64,000 bases of DNA. Origin: Albugo candida. Its lineage: Eukaryota. This document shows, in pieces, positions 48,596 to 61,706 of this stretch. The notes under the pieces are model-generated. The model was not told the origin of the DNA, did no database searches, and saw only the letters and a list, made by a program, of their open reading frames with translations. The number at the start of each line of letters is the position of its first letter. The stretch's first letter is position 1. The position numbers and the translations under genes are program-made. The stretch is taken from positions 806,001 through 870,000 of the forward strand of contig JBDOQK010000004.1 in assembly GCA_040437565.1 (NCBI GenBank). The letters are read 5' to 3'.

Positions 48596-51500
48596 ATGCG
48601 TGCGGCTTGCACTTTTCTAGAGGATTCTCCCGAGTGTTACACGGCAACGTGGTTTCTGATTTGGGATCAGATTCGCTATTGGTTACTTCTACAAGTGCCA
48701 AATATCGTGATTTCGGTAATTTATGAGTGGCTGGAAGTATCTAACAGCGCTCGAATTGAAAAATTACGTCTCTTATTGACCGCACCTTTTCCCGTCGTTG
48801 TGGTACTTTGTAAATTTATTTCACTTGTATCGCTCTGTTTGATATGTTTTCCGATGTAGTTGCAACTTCTCCAAATCGTCGTTTGCATATTTACGTGTAT
48901 TGCGTGGAGTACGTATATAACAAAACAATTTCGTTGTAAGCAACATCTCACGTAAATTACAATCACGTAGTCGAACGTGGTGGATCCCTCGCAATCACAT
49001 TTTCATTATGGTCTATTGAATCGATATTATTAATTGTTGCAAGTGTGTCCTATGCACTTCGATGGCTTGGCGCTCCGCACAAATTTTATCATGCGATAAC
49101 GTTGAGCTCCTTATTCGATTTGCTATCTATTGTCTCGCACTTTAGTCTGCCCCTTCGATCCATGCAAGAAGATGGCCTATGGAAGCGGTCTTGGCTCGAT
49201 TTCGGGTTTGTTCGCTCATACCTGTTATATGGCGTGGTGTTTGAACTATTCGAAAAGTTCAAGCATAAAACATTTGGAACACAACTCGCATTCCTTATCT
49301 TTCAATTTTGCTGTTTGGTATTTTTCGCAGCTTCCATGTTATTTTCATTTGAACGATTGGGCGATCTTCCTGGTCTCGACACGTATTTATTACACGTTTA
49401 CGAATGTTCCAATTCCAATTCTGTAACGATACTTGCATCCAATTCATCTGGGACACCCGAGTTTTCGGATTGTACCGAGTCGTGGAGTATCTTTGTGGCA
49501 ATTTATTTTATGTTTGTGACATTATCCACGGTTGGGTACGGTGACTTTACGCCAAAAACCGTTCTCGGACAATGTACCGTATGTCTCATTATCGTTGTCG
49601 GCATTTATACGTTCGCCAACGCGTGTGGTGACTTGCTCAAAGTATATGGCGATCCAAGGCATTCAAATGCTCGTTACAACATTGTTAAAAACACTATGCA
49701 CGTCATTGTCACTGGAAATCCATCATTGGCTCAAATTAAAGAGTTTGTACATGAATTCTTCCAATCCAATCACATTATTCCATCCCCATCTCAGCCGATA
49801 CAAAATGTACATTGCCATACACCGCCGCTTTTATCTTCCAAATGGCTCGAATGCCGCGAAATCGAACCAATTTGGCAAAAAGACATTGTATTTCTACTCG
49901 AATATGATCAAACAACCGACGAAATTGGCTCCATATTCCTCCGTCAATTCTCTCAATTTCTTCAGGAAAACCCAAAGTATCAACGCCACGTCTTCCTACT
50001 ATACGGTTCGCCACTGTACTATTCCGATCTTCAAAGAGCTCAATTTCGTCGCAGTAAAGCGATTTTCTTTCTTCCGAATAAGAATTCTAACAAAGCGGAT
50101 CAAGAGGATGCCAATACAATCGTTCGTGTTCTTTCAGTGGCTCAGCAGGTACACACTCAGATTCCACTCAAACTCTTTGCCATGTTACTTCATTCAGAAA
50201 ATCGAACGCTTTTGGAAGCCGCTGGAATCCCCGCCGAGCGAATCGTTTGTGCTGATGAAATTCGTTTAGGGCTTATGGCGCTCAGTTGTCGTTGTCCCGG
50301 GCTTTCCACTGTATTCTCAAATCTCATTATCGGTCAAAACCATCTTGTACCGGTATTACTTCCCTCACTGCAACAAGACTCACTTCCTCATTGGGAAAAT
50401 GAGTACATTGAGGGCACTCGCAAGAAAATTCATTCTTGCGCTATTTCGCCGCGTTTCGCGGGTCTGACGTTCACACAAGCGGCCCAATTGATCTATCACG
50501 AGTCCAATGGCGGTGTCGTCTTACTCGCTGTCCAATTCTCACTCCATTCGCAAATATATTGGAATCCCGGACACTGGCTTCGACTTCCAATTAATTGCAA
50601 TTGTTTCTTNNNNNNNNNNNNNNNNNNNNNNNNNNNNNNNNNNNNNNNNNNNNNNNNNNNNNNNNNNNNNNNNNNNNNNNNNNNNNNNNNNNNNNNNNNN
50701 NNNNNNNNNTTCTTGCGCTATTTCGCCGCGTTTCGCGGGTCTGACGTTCACACAAGCGGCCCAATTGATCTATCACGAGTCCAATGGCGGTGTCGTCTTA
50801 CTCGCTGTCCAATTCTCACTCCATTCGCAAATATATTGGAATCCCGGACACTGGCTTCGACTTCCAATTAATTGCAATTGTTTCTTCATCACAGACACAA
50901 TGGAGAAATTGGACGCGTTCTCAGGCACTTTTATAGTGGATTTGGATCCATACACATCGAAAAGTATGATTCAGAACAATTTGAGGCGTGCACAAACACA
51001 ATTCAATCGTTTGGAAACTCGAGCCATTTCATTCGCACAAGTCGTTCGACAACGTGAAATCGCTCAAATTGCCGAAAGGGAAGCTATGGAAGCAATGAGA
51101 GAGCGTGATTTTCTGGCAAATAACGCAATGTGGCACAAATACCAGCATAATCTTCTTGCTCGTGCTAAAAGAGCGCAACACACTGTGGAACGTCGACTTC
51201 CACGGAGTGTTCGCGAGCAATGTGGCAGGACGCGATACAAAATGGAACCACCAAATGCTTTGCTCTTACAACGCGGAGGACATATTATTGTTTGTAGCAA
51301 TCTCACCAATGATGGAGATCTCGTGCCCGTCAATCGACTGGAAAAATTCTTATGTCCGCTTCGGGCGCCGCATGTCGTACCAAAGCTTCCAGTTGTCGTA
51401 GTGGATCCCGCGACGTTGATTGGATTCTCTGCACTCGATCAAGTGTATCACATTCAAGCAAGCCCGCAGAAACACTCTGTTCTCGTTTCTGCTGGATTGT

Positions 51501-52345
51501 ACACTGCTTCTGCGGTCATAGTGCTCGCACAAGGAACACACGGTCACGGACATGACGATTCGAAATCTATTTTCAATGCAAATATGGTCGATTACGCACT
51601 TCAACGCGACACATTCACTATGCTGGAGCTTTGGAATGTCGAGAATACAAAGTTTCTCGATATCCGTCATCGAGATGTCACCGATGCACTCCGAGAGCAC
51701 ACGCGTATCTCCAGCTATCACGCTTCCCACGAAGGAACACTGAGCGATTTTCAGCCTCTTTTCCGAAAACAAAATTGGTGGGAATTGCAAATGGGAACTC
51801 TCTCACGCTTTATTGGATTTATCGGCGAGTTTTTTTTGGGCGATGGTATCGGCAAACGAATGAAATTCGCATTTTGTCGATCGAAATCACAACAAAGCAA
51901 AAAAATGGGTCAAACGGAAGAGCCGCGAAATGCGCTTCTACAGGAACGTTATATGACCGGAAATTTGTTTCGTTCGTCTGTTGTCGACACACTTTTGATT
52001 CAATCGTTTCTCAATGTTTCCATTTACAATCTGATTCACACGAGTTTGCGTGGTCAATGCTGTTTTGCGTGTTACAGCGTTCCGATTGCGTTTCGGACAG
52101 CGGAAGGCGTACCGTATAAAGTGATTTTCGACGCGATGATCGGTGGAATGACTCATGCGCTTCCGTTTGCGATTTTCCGAGCGGCTGGAGGCAAACATCA
52201 AGTGCCACACGCATACGTCTACACGTTACCATCGTCCGACACGATTGTCTACGCACGCGATAAAATATTTGTAATAATCGATTCTCGGTCGCTCCATCAA
52301 GCAGCCACGAAATTGCAGCGAGTCTTTCGGCAAACGACGCGATAG
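48596..52345 (+). CDS. BK/Slo-type (RCK-containing) potassium channel; multi-exon, with an artefactual duplication at the gap
   Basis: Pore YFMFVTLSTVGYGDFTP; RCK1 HVIVTG..GSPL..DLQRA..ALSCRCPGLSTVFSNL..EYIEG; RCK2 HIIVCS..FLCPLRA. 5' end approximate. Confidence 0.9.
50433..50886. repeat. 177-bp duplication flanking a 100-N gap (likely assembly artefact)
   Basis: 50433..50609 appears identical to 50710..50886. Confidence 0.9.
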
Positions 52346-52405
52346 AAATGAAATAAAACGATCAATAAAATCCAATTTTACTGTGTACATCGTCTTCCAC
52401 TATCG

Positions 52406-53749
52406 CTACACCATCCGCTCTAATTTCCGCGCGCCGACAACTGCCAAGTCGTTCTCTTCTACCACTGCGATCGCATCGCCTTCATCGTCGTACTGAATGC
52501 TGTTTTTGTATCGAACGCGATACGCAATGAGCCCGTCGGGATACTGAATAGCAAGAGGAATCCATCCGTGCTCGAAATGGAAGTATGAAAGCGCCGCTAT
52601 CATCACTCCGAGAATCACATCGACCGTATAATGCTTCCGACCGGCTAACAAAAGTCCCGATAACCCAAATAGATATATAACGGCTATGAACCAACGCAAT
52701 CGTGAATAACCGATATGATAACGGTCTAATACTCGTAGATATAGTAATATTGCGGTTGTGGAGAATGCCATGTGTCCGGAAAAGATCAAATCGCCACAGG
52801 ATTTATAATTCCCGTAAATTGGACCCACTGACGTAACGATATCGATCCACGTTTCTGGCGGACGATATTCCACGTATCCAGGACGACAATGAGGTGCTGG
52901 ACCGGGTAGTGATGTCAATGAGATCGTACACATTCGGAAAAAATAGGCGACTGTCGCAATTCTGAAAAAAGACGTCAGTATACGACACCGATTTTCTCGT
53001 GATAACCAGCATGATTGAACGAAAAACACTACCGGTACCAATGTGGTGAGAATGTCACTAATTGGACGCCATGGAGAATGCAACGTCTGCTCTGGAACCA
53101 GCATAAATCCGAGATCGTGAAGTGGTGTCACAGAAGGAATGTGAAAGTAGAATGCGATATTGGCCGAGAAGACCATGATGAGGGACACGAGAATGAATAA
53201 TTCCCCGTGCTCGGCGAGTACTCTCATGTTTGGATCCATTCGACTGTGTATGATTTGACGAAATTGGACCAATCCAAACGTCGAAACGATCCAAATGGCT
53301 GCCCATTGGATACGTTCGGAAAAGACTTCCGGCTCGATCACGTATTTAAATAGAAAAATCCAGTCGGATACTGCTAATACCACAATTAATCCAAACATAA
53401 CTGTAAAAAAGAGAAACTCGCCAAGCTCCGAAATCTTTACGTTGGGTTCCGCGAAGATTGTTCGACCTGAACGATTGGATTGAGACGTACATACACTCCA
53501 TCGTGAAGGTGAGCTTTTGACCGTGGGTTTCGTGTGCTGATTGCAGTACGATTGGTCGGAAAGTGAGCCGTCTTGGGCGTTGAATTTGGTTACAGGCGAA
53601 GATATCACTTGTATGAGACACTCTTCACTTTCAGTTGGATCGTGCGGGTACTTGGAATTTTCCACTGCTAGCGAAGTTACCGGTCCCGACATCTTACGCT
53701 TCACAGGCAGTATATTGGACGATAAGACATGAGTGATGCACGACGTCAT
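52406..53749 (-). CDS. Sphingomyelin synthase / IPC synthase family (PAP2_C) ceramide phosphotransferase
   Basis: PLHDLGF, RMCTISLTSLPGP, CGDLIFSGH and RKHYTVDV (D1-D4 motifs); multiple TMs. Confidence 0.92.
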   Translation of the reverse strand: MTSCITHVLSSNILPVKRKMSGPVTSLAVENSKYPHDPTESEECLIQVISSPVTKFNAQDGSLSDQSYCNQHTKPTVKSSPSRWSVCTSQSNRSGRTIFAEPNVKISELGEFLFFTVMFGLIVVLAVSDWIFLFKYVIEPEVFSERIQWAAIWIVSTFGLVQFRQIIHSRMDPNMRVLAEHGELFILVSLIMVFSANIAFYFHIPSVTPLHDLGFMLVPEQTLHSPWRPISDILTTLVPVVFFVQSCWLSRENRCRILTSFFRIATVAYFFRMCTISLTSLPGPAPHCRPGYVEYRPPETWIDIVTSVGPIYGNYKSCGDLIFSGHMAFSTTAILLYLRVLDRYHIGYSRLRWFIAVIYLFGLSGLLLAGRKHYTVDVILGVMIAALSYFHFEHGWIPLAIQYPDGLIAYRVRYKNSIQYDDEGDAIAVVEENDLAVVGARKLERMV

Positions 53750-54308
53750 TGGGCTGAGAACGTATTTTGACGGTAGGTACGTATCAAAACGTGAATGTTT
53801 GTGGAAATATGGTAAGTGATAAGGATTCGAGCGTCACCGATGGAGCCGTCCGGGGAAAAGAAGGATCTAATTTGAGCTATAGAAAACCTATTTAAGTTGG
53901 CTTTTCTATAAGTAGGTGCAAAGTGCGCTATAAGTACGGTTAAAAGGTGGATAATTACTTTGGGTAAAGTCAAGTGTTTGTTTGTAATTTAATAGAAACG
54001 GTATAGTAAATCCTTTTTTTACAGACTGTGAAACTGTATGTAGAATGAGGCCTTCTGTTCTGAGCAAAGGCGCCAATCACTTGCGGTATAAATGTATAGG
54101 TTAAAGAGCTGTGCATAAAACTCGTTATCAACAAATGATTGCTACGATATTGATGTGCGTAGTTCCTAAATGCTATATCAGCGTACGATAACTGTACACG
54201 TCAATTGACCAATTCATAATCAAGAACGCATGTCAGTCGAACAATATATTACTCCATACACCCGCAGAGGCCATTATGTGACCGTTATACTGAACGTAGT
54301 CAAACCAT

Positions 54309-54720
54309 CTAGCTATCAGTCGCTGGTGTCCACTTCTGAATTACGACGACAAAAAAATCGTTTTCTACCAAAACAACATCATCGTGTGGTTTAGTTACAG
54401 CGTACTTATAGAGAGGTACCTTGCGCCACCAGTAATTCTAATTTACGGAGCCGAATCCGCATAAATTGCAACGAGTTCTACGATCGTAATTTCAAACACT
54501 GCGCTTTTTCATACGAGACAAAAACCTCTGGATTGATATCCCGAACAACTCCATGCGCTTTAACCGCCAATTCTTTCATGTACAAAGCATACTTTTCAGC
54601 TTCAGTAGATTGCATTTGAGGATGACGTCGTAACACATTGCCATTCGAATCGGCAATAACATATCCCTCTACTCCTTTAAAATTGCGGATTTGATTCAGC
54701 GCCTCTTCCACTTCAGACAT
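54309..54720 (-). CDS. DYNLRB: Dynein light chain Roadblock/LC7; three exons
   Basis: MSEVEEALNQIRNFKGVEG...VVRDINPE|NSLQFMRIRLRKLELLVA|..DFFVVVIQ. Confidence 0.9.
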
Positions 54721-54775
54721 ATTGCTCGGTGTACCATCTGTACCGGTACACGCACTAAACCGGTACATAGCCATC

Positions 54776-57017
54776 ATGAGCCTGCGCCTCCCGTACGCGT
54801 CACTCTATTTGGTTTGCTTATTAGGCATTGCGCTTCGTATTTTCCTTTTCGCAAACACAAAGTGGCAAGTCGCATTATCACAAAGACCCGAACTCGTGAC
54901 ATCAATCTCGTCCTTTGAGCGCGTGAGAGAAAGCGTATTTTATCTGCAACGCGGCAGATCGCCTTACGATGGCGATACATTACATCAGCCTCCACTTCTT
55001 CTCCTATTTTTCTATCCATTGCTCACAATGTTTCCCAATCATGAAACTCTGACATATTATATTATTGCGATTACATTCATTCTACTCGATCTTATGGTTG
55101 CAATTCATTTGGCGAAATTGACTCGTTGGATCCATCAATTCGGCGAAGAGAGCAAAGTACCAACATTCAATAATGAGGCAATATGGCTCGAGAAAGACTT
55201 TCCACTCTCGCCGTTGTTCAAGCCTGTTGTTCTCCCCACAACAGTGGCGGCCATGTACGTCGGATTATCACCTTAGCTCATATCCTAATGATATCTGCAG
55301 TTACTTACTGAATCCATATACTGTGGCTTCGTGTGTTGCAATGTCTACGGTCTCAGTCACACACGCTGTCATTATCTCTAGTTTTGTGTTTGCCACAAAA
55401 AGTGAGCAAGTTGTCTCATCCATTTGGAAACGAAAAGAGTGTTTTGATGATTGTGTGTAGAGGCTATTTGGACAACTTCCATTTTGCTCGCAGTAGCAAC
55501 GTATCTCTCATTGTATTCAGTCGTTCTGATAATTCCACTCGCTTTGCATTTGGAAATGGTACCGATACAAATTGAAGCAACAAGTGATCGAAAGGTATCA
55601 CAATAAAATCGATGGGAATGCATTCGTTCATTTATGTGTGTAGCTCGTAATATTATGGAAACTGGTATTGGGGTTTATGGTTTCTGTGGCTGCTTTGTTG
55701 TTCCTTTCGTATCGCCTCACGCATAGTTGGACTTTTATTGAGGTACACGACTATGTGCTTTATAGTGAAATCGATCTGATTATGTCTTACCATAGAAAAC
55801 GTATGGATGGATTGCGACTTATAGCGATCTGACGCCAAATGTCGGGATCTTTTGGTATTTTTTCATCGAAGTATTTGATCGTTTTGTCCCATACTTTTTG
55901 CTGCTGTTGCACGCTCATCCTCTGATTTACGTCGTTCCGTTATACCTTCGTTTGTGGTACGTGGCACAGTTTTCAAATTGCATCGTGTAGCAACGATAGT
56001 AAATCATAGTCATCGACCACAATCGTATGCGTGTACTCTCCTTGGAATTTTGACACTCTTTCAAGCGTACCCAACACTTGGCGATTGTGGTTTTTATTTG
56101 AGCTTTACAATGATGCATCCGAAAACAGTTATGAGTACGTGCTTTCATATGTATCAAACGTCGTACTGAATTTGGCTTTCCACAGACGTAAAGCACCGAT
56201 TCGTCTATTTGCTCGGGCTCTCTGCGGCTACATGTGTGCTTCCGATTATGTGGCATTTGTGGCTGTATCCAGCTTCAGGAAATGCGAATTTCTACTACAG
56301 TCAAACACTTGNNNNNNNNNNNNNNNNNNNNNNNNNNNNNNNNNNNNNNNNNNNNNNNNNNNNNNNNNNNNNNNNNNNNNNNNNNNNNNNNNNNNNNNNN
56401 NNNNNNNNNNNGACTTATAGCGATCTGACGCCAAATGTCGGGATCTTTTGGTATTTTTTCATCGAAGTATTTGATCGTTTTGTCCCATACTTTTTGCTGC
56501 TGTTGCACGCTCATCCTCTGATTTACGTCGTTCCGTTATACCTTCGTTTGTGGTACGTGGCACAGTTTTCAAATTGCATCGTGTAGCAACGATAGTAAAT
56601 CATAGTCATCGACCACAATCGTATGCGTGTACTCTCCTTGGAATTTTGACACTCTTTCAAGCGTACCCAACACTTGGCGATTGTGGTTTTTATTTGAGCT
56701 TTACAATGATGCATCCGAAAACAGTTATGAGTACGTGCTTTCATATGTATCAAACGTCGTACTGAATTTGGCTTTCCACAGACGTAAAGCACCGATTCGT
56801 CTATTTGCTCGGGCTCTCTGCGGCTACATGTGTGCTTCCGATTATGTGGCATTTGTGGCTGTATCCAGCTTCAGGAAATGCGAATTTCTACTACAGTCAA
56901 ACACTTGTGTATCAAGTGTTTGTGGCACAGATTATCGTCGCTTTCGTGCATTCGACTATGGAACGTGACAAACGCATACAGCAATTTTGTAAAGTAAAAA
57001 TTGAGAAAAGTGATTAA
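54776..57017 (+). CDS. PIGU: GPI transamidase subunit PIG-U; multi-exon, with an artefactual duplication at the gap
   Basis: RPELVTSISSFERVRE, SPYDGDTLHQPPLLL, YLLNPYT, DLTPNVGIFWYFFIEVFDRF, SGNANFYY. Confidence 0.93.
55816..56907. repeat. 496-bp duplication flanking a 100-N gap (likely assembly artefact)
   Basis: 55816..56311 appears identical to 56412..56907. Confidence 0.9.
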
Positions 57018-57100
57018 TTTCTTTATTTTCTTATCATTATTTCCTTTATAATTTATAATCACGTTTTCGTTCATTCTATCAAGCGTAATGTGCCACAGGG

Positions 57101-57745
57101 ATGGAAAGAAGTGTTCATTCGATAAAATTGGGTGCGTTGTCTTTGCAGTTGAACTTGAACTTGATTTCCTACTTTCCACTGAACTTTTGACACGCAGAAA
57201 CACTACTGTACGTAATTTGTCTGTTTGGCAATGAGTTATTGTCATGTCTATAGGTACTTTACGGCGCTTCCGGGCGAAAACTAACGATTGGACCGCATTG
57301 GTATGGCGCTCTTGCGACGTGGTGTATACTCACAATAACGACAGTGCTATTCATCCGAAAAGAGCATATCTTGCATTCCACTACGTATACCTTTCTTACA
57401 GTCATTTTGTACGCGACGACAAATTATTATTTCTATCAAACAGCGTTAAGGGATCCTGGAATCGTCAGAAAAAGCGATGATATCGAAAATGCGTTAGCCA
57501 TAAGAGGAATCACGTCACAGGACTCCTTTTGCGGTCTGCAGACGCACTCTTTTTGCGATATTTGTAACGTCAATCAAGAGGTATTCTCAGATCACTGTAA
57601 CGATTGCGGCGTTTGCATCGCTTGCCGACATCATCATTGTCCTTGGATGGGGACTTGCATCGGTAAAAAGAACGCGCGCGCATTCAGACGATTCAATCAG
57701 ACTTGGTTCATTTACGTCGCATTTGTAGTGTATGCGAGCTTGTAG
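57101..57745 (+). CDS. Short DHHC-type palmitoyltransferase-like protein with an HHHC variant motif
   Basis: IGPHW, RDPGIV, CDICNV..HCNDCGVCIACRHHHCPWMGTCIGKKNARAF; 5' exons approximate. Confidence 0.8.
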
Positions 57746-58068
57746 ACAAGTCAATTGCAATCGGTCACAAATGTCGTTTCCCGTATACAATTGTAATATA
57801 ATGAGTAGCGAATTGTGTCATACAAACATTTTGATTAATAGTTATGCACCAAAGGCACTAAATGAAGCTCCTCAGGCTGACCGCGTCTGCTGTAGCAAGA
57901 CACAGTCTGACCAATAGCAGCACTTTGCTAGCTCTAATGATCTGACTCACCTTTTGCAACCCATTTGAACCAAAAAATTCTTTGTATGCCTCAGCAACCG
58001 GAATTGTCAAGAGCTCATACAATCAAAGCCTAATGCTTTTCATCTGCCCCATCCTTCAGACCTCATGT

Positions 58069-60776
58069 CTACGTGCTTCGTATTTCTGCCAAAACCTTCT
58101 GCGTCCAAGCGGCAAGTTGTTGTGCTTGAGGATTTGATACATTCGACGCACATTCGTTCAACAGCGTTTTCACAAACACACTTTCCGGCAACTCTGGCAC
58201 CAGTTTTCCCATTGACTGACCCATATCGCTACAAAAGTCAGAACATCAACTAGTTATATCACATTCCAAGACCATCATTCACGACGTACCCAATCAAACC
58301 GACCGCAGCGGTGGTCACTGTTTCACTTCGGGTGGCTATATCATGCGCTAAAATAGAGAGAAAAACACCAATTTTGGGTGCATACTCCAACAAAATCGAA
58401 GCCTTATTGGCTCCTCCAAGACCCTGAACAATTCCAGTCATCGCTTCCAGTACACTTTCACGAAGTACATTCATATAATCGACTGTTTCTTCATCGTCAG
58501 TTGCAATGGTGCTACAAGCCTCTGCGGCCTGTAAAATCATCAACATAGACGGTCCAACATAGCGATCATAATTCCCTTCAATCGCCAACGCCAAATCTCC
58601 AAAACAAGACAACACTGGCGGCTTCACTGTACGATTCAGATTTGGATTCTTCAAAATCTCAATCAGCGCGTCGACAATCTGATCACACAAAGGGAGTATT
58701 TTCTTCTCTAAAGCGCGACACAGATCACCCACAACGCCAACAGCCACACTACACACCATATATTCTTCGCTATTTTGCAAGCCAATTAAAAGAATTGGGC
58801 CAAATAATTGCATGTAAAGCTCAAATTTATCGCCGACAGCATTGGCAAGTGCTCCTGCAGCCATGAACGCTTCTTCAGCAGCCATAGCGTTACGAGTTGC
58901 AAACACTTGAAGTAAAGCGTGCATGATCCGATCTGCTAGAGGAATGATATTTGTGCTCATTTTTTGAATTGCAGCAATTAAGACTCCACATAACAGCGCT
59001 TGTAAACCAGAAGGATCATCTCGAAGCTCCTCGGGGTGTTCGATGGAGACGCGGATGCTTTGTTCTAATCGATCTAGTATCACTGGAAGGCGAACCATAA
59101 CATGGTTGGCAACTTCATCTGCACCAACTTGAATCAGCATGTTGAGTGCTTCATAAGCAGAACCTCGAAGATTGCTTTCTGTTGCATTATCTCGATCAGC
59201 TGTTGCTAAAAGTTTGTCGAATAGAGTATTATAATACGGAGAAAGAAGATGAACGGCGGAATCTCCAGACTCCTCGAACGCTTTCACAACGTTATGAATC
59301 GCGTAACAAATGTTGTGTGATACACGAGGCTCTTGATCCAATCCGTGAACCAGTAATTCCATCAAATTTGGTAACAAGTCGCCACTGATACATCCAGCAT
59401 GTAATTCACATATTCTTCCCAATGTCCACGCTGTCGTATCGCGTACCAAAATATGTCGAAAGTTCATACAATTCATCAGTAAACCGAGTGCTTGATGTAC
59501 GTATGGGGCCATCACTTTCGTCTCTGGACCATCCAAGATCGAACCAAACGCCATGATCGCTGCTTCTTTTTGACGCCAATCCTCACTTTGGATGTGAGAC
59601 TGTATGAATTTCATTGTTAGAGGGACACACGAATTGTCGACTGTCTGAGCCACTAATGCAAGACAGGTAGCTGCCGCCATTGACATGTTCCAAGAATCTT
59701 CATCTTGATCTTCTTCTTGCTGTTTCAATGTTTCCGTCAGCAATGGAATCAGCGTATCCAGAACATGATGAACGTAATATTGACATGTGGGCTCGGAGCT
59801 GTCTTGGTCGGTCTGTTCCTCTGACGAATACCTCTTTTCCTCAATCAAGTCCATTTCCACATCACACATGGACGACCAGAATTCCAACGATTGTAAGCTA
59901 ACTTCAGGCTGATCTTCTGTGATGGCTTTGAACGTGAGCTGACATAAAACTTGCATGTATTCGTTCAGGAATTCATAATACAAAGTCGCTATTGTCGCGA
60001 TACATTCAAAGGCAACAACGCGTGTGCGAATATCTGGAGATTGTGTTGCCTCACAAACAACTTGCATCAAATGATCCCGCTCTTGTTTTCGCTTGAAATT
60101 TGACGATACAAACTCCAGTGAATTCCGTAACGCAGTCACAGCAGCGTACCGTACAGAAGGATTCCGATCGGCTCGTACGCCGTCAACAATTGCTGTGAGA
60201 ATACGATTCGTGTCATGCTCACTTATACTGCTGGGATCGTCAATCTCATCACACAAATACCCCAGACATTCCAGTGTTGCTTGGATGCATCCTTCCGCTT
60301 CAGAAGTTACGTTTTTCAATAAACTTGGCAGTAAATTGGGCCAACTCTGCGTTGTGATTTCGATCGCTCCAAGTTTCGCAACAAGTTGAGCACTTGTGTG
60401 ACGAGCAACCGTCTCTGATGATTTCAAAACGCTGAGTGATGTCTCTTTGATTTGATCGCGAAGAGCTTGATTTAACTGAAACCAGGCTTGTATTTTTTGT
60501 TGTTGTAAAACCTCATCTTTCGCATCCAATACATTCTTTAAGTATAATCCTGCAGCTTGTCTTCCGACAATTGAGAATTCTTCTGTTGCAAGCGCTTGGA
60601 CCAGAGTTACCATAAATTGACCCATTTGTGTCTGTAAGGCTGTGTTTAGGACATCTTCTGCTTGTTTCCGAAGTACAGGATCTACACGGGATTTGATAAG
60701 TACCTTCTCGTAAGACGAATAGGGCGATTGTAGTACCTGGACTTTGAGTATTGAGTAAAGCGTTGGAAATGTCCAT
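58069..60776 (-). CDS. KPNB1: Importin subunit beta-1 (karyopherin beta); three exons
   Basis: MDISNALLNTQSP|D..RKQAE, RQAAGLYLKN, LECLGYLC, LEFWSSMCD, WRQKEAAIMAFGSILDGP, VKPPVLSCFGDLALAI. Last exon ends ...AWTQKVLAEIRST*. Confidence 0.96.
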
Positions 60777-61706
60777 TGTTTGTTTGCTTTTTTCTTCTTT
60801 TGTTACGTTCTTTGGATGGATTTTTATCGAATGAATGGTCAAAAGGGTAGAATGAAAGGTATGACTTAAGTGAGTATCCACGGTGCTGACAAAATTGCGT
60901 GTACTGACAAATGTGTCAGCTGTAAAGGTCTTTTAGTGAATTGAAGTAAAGAGTACAGTTTTATTCAGAATAAGAAGCGAAAGTATATGTAAACTAAAGA
61001 TCCGAGACCGATTGCAACTAGAAAAGCTGCCAGCATTGTCGTGTCTGTTGTGTGATGTCTTTCCTGTTTGAAAGCTGATTCAAATAAGGAAATTAGAGTC
61101 AATGTTTATATACGGTGTTAATTTTCGTACTGTTGGATGGAATCGCGTATCGGGATCGTAATTGAGCGGCACTCAGATTCGAATCTTGGACGGCTCCACC
61201 GCGATGATAGCGCTGCCGGAGCTCAGTAGCTGACATATCGTCATCCATAATCGTTGAAAACGTGAGCAAATTATTCTATTGGAAGAGTCCTTTCGACTCG
61301 ATAAATATCTTTTGATATTATTAGCTCTGCATCCGATCACAGGCTTCTAAAAGCCTCACTATGCTTCGATAGTCTTCTACAAAAAGAGCGATTTCGGAGG
61401 TCGGCAAGTTGAAACTAGCGCTGAAAGTGTATATGTGTGGAGGGAAGCGAGCTAAGGCGACTACTAAGGTAAGAAAGCTGACCATCGCAAATGATTCGTC
61501 GACGATAATGATATGCGATACTTTTTCAATCGCTTTTTAAACTGACAATCTCCTCTAAATCATAATTGCCAGGTCCCCATCTGAGTCGCCTTTGATAGCG
61601 GTGCTCACCATAATGAGCTACACCTCGGTGATTTACGTAAAACACTAAAACATTTGCATCTTTATACAAAGGGCTCGTGTGCCGCAATACCAATTACTAC
61701 TTATTA

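Noticed and set aside
49532-50269. 245-aa alternative-frame ORF inside the K+ channel gene, and similar overlapping or antisense ORFs elsewhere
   Set aside because: No recognisable motifs; consistent with shadow ORFs of real genes.
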